Shown: positions 60,982-64,000 of the stretch, piece after piece
Numbering within the stretch: position 1 is the first letter of the stretch
Layout: each line of letters opens with the position of its first letter
Source: Opitutaceae bacterium
Lineage (GTDB): Bacteria; Verrucomicrobiota; Verrucomicrobiia; Opitutales; Opitutaceae
Assembly (NCBI GenBank): GCA_041671745.1
Contig: JBAZBC010000018.1
Span: 31,905-95,904, forward strand
Direction of reading: 5' to 3'
DNA length: 64,000 bases
Position numbers and translations under genes: made by a program
Notes under the pieces: model-generated
Seen by the model: the letters and a program-made list of their open reading frames with translations, nothing else
Databases searched by the model: none
Told to the model about the DNA's origin: nothing

Positions 60982-63528
60982 CTAGAAGCCGTTCAAATTC
61001 ACGGCCTGCCTCGGCATTTGCGTGAAAACGACATTCGCCGGCGGGAGTCCGTCGGAGGAAACGTGGAGGCCGGCTATGCTGCCGGTGGAGCTGTTGGTCA
61101 TCCGCAGTATCGCCAGGGCGAGCCCGTTGAACGCGCGACGTTCGGACGAGTAGAAAGGAGTGAGGTCGGTGGGATCGCCGTTGTCGGTGGCGATGAGTCC
61201 GGCGGGACCTTCGACGCGAAAACACAACTGGTTTTTCGCGCGCGGTGCGGGCAGGCCGGCGGCATCGACCAGCATCGCGACCACGTGGACCAGATCGCCT
61301 GCGCCGGATGGCGGACGCTCGACCGACAGTGTGATGCGGGCGGCCGGGCCGGCGGTTCGGCGTTCTCCGCGCGCCCATTCACGGCCGTGGCGATAGGCGA
61401 TGACCGAGAGAACGCCGGGCTCGTAGCGCACCTCATCCCAGCGCAGACGATGATCAACCGGAGACTTGGATTTCCGGCCCAGCGAACGGCCGTTGAGAAA
61501 AAGTTCTGCCTCGTCACCCGACGTGTAGAGATGCACGGGCGTGATTTCGCCTTCGCGGCCGGGCCAGGTCCAGTGCGGCAGCAGATGGGCGAGCGGCAGG
61601 TCGGGACGCCAGCGCGATTGGTAGAGAAAAAAGCGGTCCTTCTTGAAGCCGGCGAGGTCCAGGATGCCGAAGTAGGAACTGCGCGAAGGGACCGGCACAC
61701 GGCCGAGACGCTCGAGCTCGGCGGCGGCCCGGGCACGTTCCGCTGGATCATGGAAGTTGGAAAGAAGGGTGAGGTCTTCGTTGTAGGGCGTGGGTTCGCC
61801 GAGATAGTCGAAACCGGTCCAGACAAACTCTCCGGCAACGGCGGGTAATGCGTCTTGCGCGCGGAACTCCGCGTCGGGCGGCTGGGCCCAGCCTGGCGCG
61901 TAGAGATCGTAGGCGCTCACATGAAAGCGTGAGCGGCCGCCAGCCTGATCTTCATCGACCGGGAACAGATATTCGCCACGCGAGCCGAGGCACGACGCCG
62001 TTTCGCTACCATAAAGCGGAAGGCCGGGATTGGCGGCGAGAAAGCGGGCGTAGAGATGCGGTTTGTAATTGTAACCGAATACATCGAGCGTGAGCTGGAA
62101 TCCGTTGAAGCCGGCGTCCGGCCGGTCGCAACCCGCGGTGACAGGCCGGGAAGGATCTTCGGCACGGACGAGTGTGGCGAGGCGCAGCGAGACGGCGAGG
62201 CCGGCTTCGTCGTCCTGTTCGGCGACTTCGTTGCCGATGCTCCAAAGGATGACGCACGGATGGTTGCGGTCGCGACGGATCATGGCGCGCAAGTCTAGCG
62301 CGTGCCAGTCGTCGAAGAGGCGGGCGTAGCCGTTGGGTTTTTTGGCGCGGGCCCAGGTGTCGGAAAATTCGTCGATGACAAGAAAGCCCAGCTGATCACA
62401 AAGATCGAGCAGGCTGGGATCGGGCGGATTGTGGGCGCAGCGGATGGCGTTGCAGCCCATCTCGCGCAGGAGCAGAAGCTGGCGTTCGATGGCGTCCAGG
62501 TGGACGGCCGCGCCGAGTGCGCCGAGATCGTGATGCAGGCAGACGCCGCGCAAGGGCACGGGTTTGCCGTTGAGCAGAAAACCCCGGCTGGCGTCAAAAA
62601 CGGCGGTGCGGATTCCGAACGGCGTGTCCACGCAGTCGAGTTGAGTGCCGTTCTCCGAGAGGAGCTTGGTGCGCGCAAGATAGAGGCACGGGTTTTCGGG
62701 ACTCCAAAGCGCGGGGTGATCCACGGTGAGCTCGATGGTGAGAGTGTTGGTCCCGTCGGGAAATATGGCGTCGGTTGCGACGTGAAGAGCGCCGGTGTTC
62801 GGATCGAGAAGGGAGGTGCGCAGGAGCACGCGCGACGTGTCGGTCCGGTCGATGTTCACGGTGATGCGCACACGGGCGGCGTCGGTGCCAACGCGGGGCG
62901 TGGTGATGGCCACTCCGTGCCGGGCGATGGCGGTGTGAGAGGTTTTCACCAGCCAGACGCGACGGTAGATGCCGCCGCCGGGATACCAGCGCGAGGAATC
63001 CGGCGGATTATCCAGACGGATGGAAAGCACATTGCGCGAGCCGGTCGTGATGTGCGGGGTGAGATCGACGCGAAAGGAGGTGTAGCCACAGGCCCAGCCG
63101 CCGGCGAGGCGGCCATTGATCCAGACGGAGGCGTGCGACATTGCGCCGTCCACTTCCAGGTAGATGCGACGCCCTTGGTCGGAAGCGGGCACATCGAAGG
63201 TTTTTCGATACCAGGCCACGCCCCACCAAGGGAGCTTTGCGGTCTCGCCGGGCAGGTTCAGGTCGAAGGGCGACTCGACGCCCCAGTCATGGGGAAGGTC
63301 GAGCACGCGCCAGGCGGAATCGTCGAAGTCGACGTGGGTAAACGCGGGAACAAGGTCGTCCAGATTTCCTGGCGGCAACGGGAGAGGTGTATCGGACAGG
63401 GCGTTGCCGGTGGCTAGCAGCCAGGGCTTGAGCCGTTCGTAGGTGAGCGATGACGCTTCGCCCGGGACGTCGTCGCGGCGAAAACGCCAGCCTGAGGTGA
63501 AAAGAACGCGTTCTCGTGAAGAAGGCAT
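60982..63528 (-). CDS. GH2 beta-galactosidase-like hydrolase (with DUF4982-type C-terminal region)
   Basis: 'LDLPHDW', 'WYRKTF', 'GVCLHHDLGALG', 'NAIRCAHNP', 'NHPCVILWSIGNE', 'GSETAS', 'FVWTGFDYLGEP', 'HLLPHWTW'. Start set at ATG 63528. Confidence 0.9.
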   Translation of the reverse strand: MPSSRERVLFTSGWRFRRDDVPGEASSLTYERLKPWLLATGNALSDTPLPLPPGNLDDLVPAFTHVDFDDSAWRVLDLPHDWGVESPFDLNLPGETAKLPWWGVAWYRKTFDVPASDQGRRIYLEVDGAMSHASVWINGRLAGGWACGYTSFRVDLTPHITTGSRNVLSIRLDNPPDSSRWYPGGGIYRRVWLVKTSHTAIARHGVAITTPRVGTDAARVRITVNIDRTDTSRVLLRTSLLDPNTGALHVATDAIFPDGTNTLTIELTVDHPALWSPENPCLYLARTKLLSENGTQLDCVDTPFGIRTAVFDASRGFLLNGKPVPLRGVCLHHDLGALGAAVHLDAIERQLLLLREMGCNAIRCAHNPPDPSLLDLCDQLGFLVIDEFSDTWARAKKPNGYARLFDDWHALDLRAMIRRDRNHPCVILWSIGNEVAEQDDEAGLAVSLRLATLVRAEDPSRPVTAGCDRPDAGFNGFQLTLDVFGYNYKPHLYARFLAANPGLPLYGSETASCLGSRGEYLFPVDEDQAGGRSRFHVSAYDLYAPGWAQPPDAEFRAQDALPAVAGEFVWTGFDYLGEPTPYNEDLTLLSNFHDPAERARAAAELERLGRVPVPSRSSYFGILDLAGFKKDRFFLYQSRWRPDLPLAHLLPHWTWPGREGEITPVHLYTSGDEAELFLNGRSLGRKSKSPVDHRLRWDEVRYEPGVLSVIAYRHGREWARGERRTAGPAARITLSVERPPSGAGDLVHVVAMLVDAAGLPAPRAKNQLCFRVEGPAGLIATDNGDPTDLTPFYSSERRAFNGLALAILRMTNSSTGSIAGLHVSSDGLPPANVVFTQMPRQAVNLNGF

Positions 63529-63541
63529 AAGGACGCCCGGC

Positions 63542-64000
63542 TCAGGCGTAGCACCGCACCTCGTAGATCTGGGCGGAAGGATCACCGTTGGTGGCTGTAA
63601 CCACGATTCGAATACGATTTGACGTGATAGCGGTTGCGAGCGCATGGCGGCGGTGCCGCTGGTAGTTGCCCTCGGTCGCGACAACGGTGTTCCAGCCGCC
63701 CTCCGTCAGGGCCTCGATGCGATAATCGCGCGGGCACTGCGGATCGCGGGAAAAGGGAGCGTAGGCGTGATATTCGGTGAAGAGGTTGCCGGGGAACGTG
63801 AGTTCAATCTGTCGCACTGTTTGCGGCGAGGACCACGAAAGTTCCAGCGACTGGGGCAGCGGTTGAGCGGGAACGGAGCGCCAGAGATTGGTCCAGCGAT
63901 GAGGCCGGGCGGCGCCGGCAAGGACATTGGCCGGTTCGTAGACGGGTTGGGGCGGGTGCACGCGGAAACAGGCGGTGATACCGCAGCCGTGCCGCCGCAT
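63542..64000 (-). CDS. 3' end of a gene running off the window; C-terminal F5/8-type-C-like beta domain (often seen on FAD-dependent oxidoreductases)
   Basis: Open frame to the window edge; 'NVLAGAARPHRWTNLWRS...LPQSLELSW', 'NYQRHRRH', 'IYEVRCY'. The N-terminal part is not visible. Confidence 0.55.
   Translation of the reverse strand: MRRHGCGITACFRVHPPQPVYEPANVLAGAARPHRWTNLWRSVPAQPLPQSLELSWSSPQTVRQIELTFPGNLFTEYHAYAPFSRDPQCPRDYRIEALTEGGWNTVVATEGNYQRHRRHALATAITSNRIRIVVTATNGDPSAQIYEVRCYA

Noticed and set aside
60797-61378. Extra 194 N-terminal codons of the 892-aa ORF
   Set aside because: Arg/Pro-rich, overlaps the GH2 3' end; the signal-peptide region begins after ATG 60796.
1-64000. CRISPR array, rRNA/tRNA, IS/transposase, integrase, prophage or defence genes
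   Set aside because: No regularly spaced direct repeats, RNA gene signatures or corresponding protein motifs seen by eye; tRNAscan, Infernal and CRISPR finders were not run.

Overview
A 64-kb, high-GC, gene-dense carbohydrate-catabolism region. PEP-CTERM proteins, an H-X9-DG-type prepilin-like protein, a Verru_Chthon-A/PilX-like giant protein and Opitutus-style LacI regulators point to Verrucomicrobiota, probably Opitutaceae (inference). It falls into four modules. (i) 0.2-11.4 kb: sugar-acid/aldose catabolism (Gfo/Idh/MocA, glcD-glcF, RraA-type aldolase, SDR, IclR, LacI, TIM-barrel isomerase, MDR dehydrogenase, LamG protein). (ii) 11.4-29.6 kb: a LacI-flanked plus-strand run (GH10, two PEP-CTERM proteins, prepilin-like protein, small secreted protein, glucarate-dehydratase-like enolase, two large clan GH-A hydrolases, SASA esterase). 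(iii) 29.6-43.8 kb: an AraC-associated cluster (GH116, ribulokinase, two DUF2961/GH172, unknown secreted protein, GPH transporter, Sip1-type GH36, Ogl-like propeller). (iv) 44-64 kb: PilX-like giant plus partner, GH42-like multidomain protein, a third GH-A paralog, GH10-CBM60, two GH2, and an M23-PKD-PKD-F5/8 protein. I saw no rRNA, tRNA, CRISPR array, transposase, or SusC/SusD/TonB-dependent transporter. The best leads are a ~230-aa beta-rich module shared by both PEP-CTERM proteins and the duplicated N-terminus of the 1673-aa hydrolase, and a GH116+2xGH172+ribulokinase cluster resembling a D-arabinan degradation set but lacking the known endo-enzyme. All family calls come from motifs read by eye; no database was searched.
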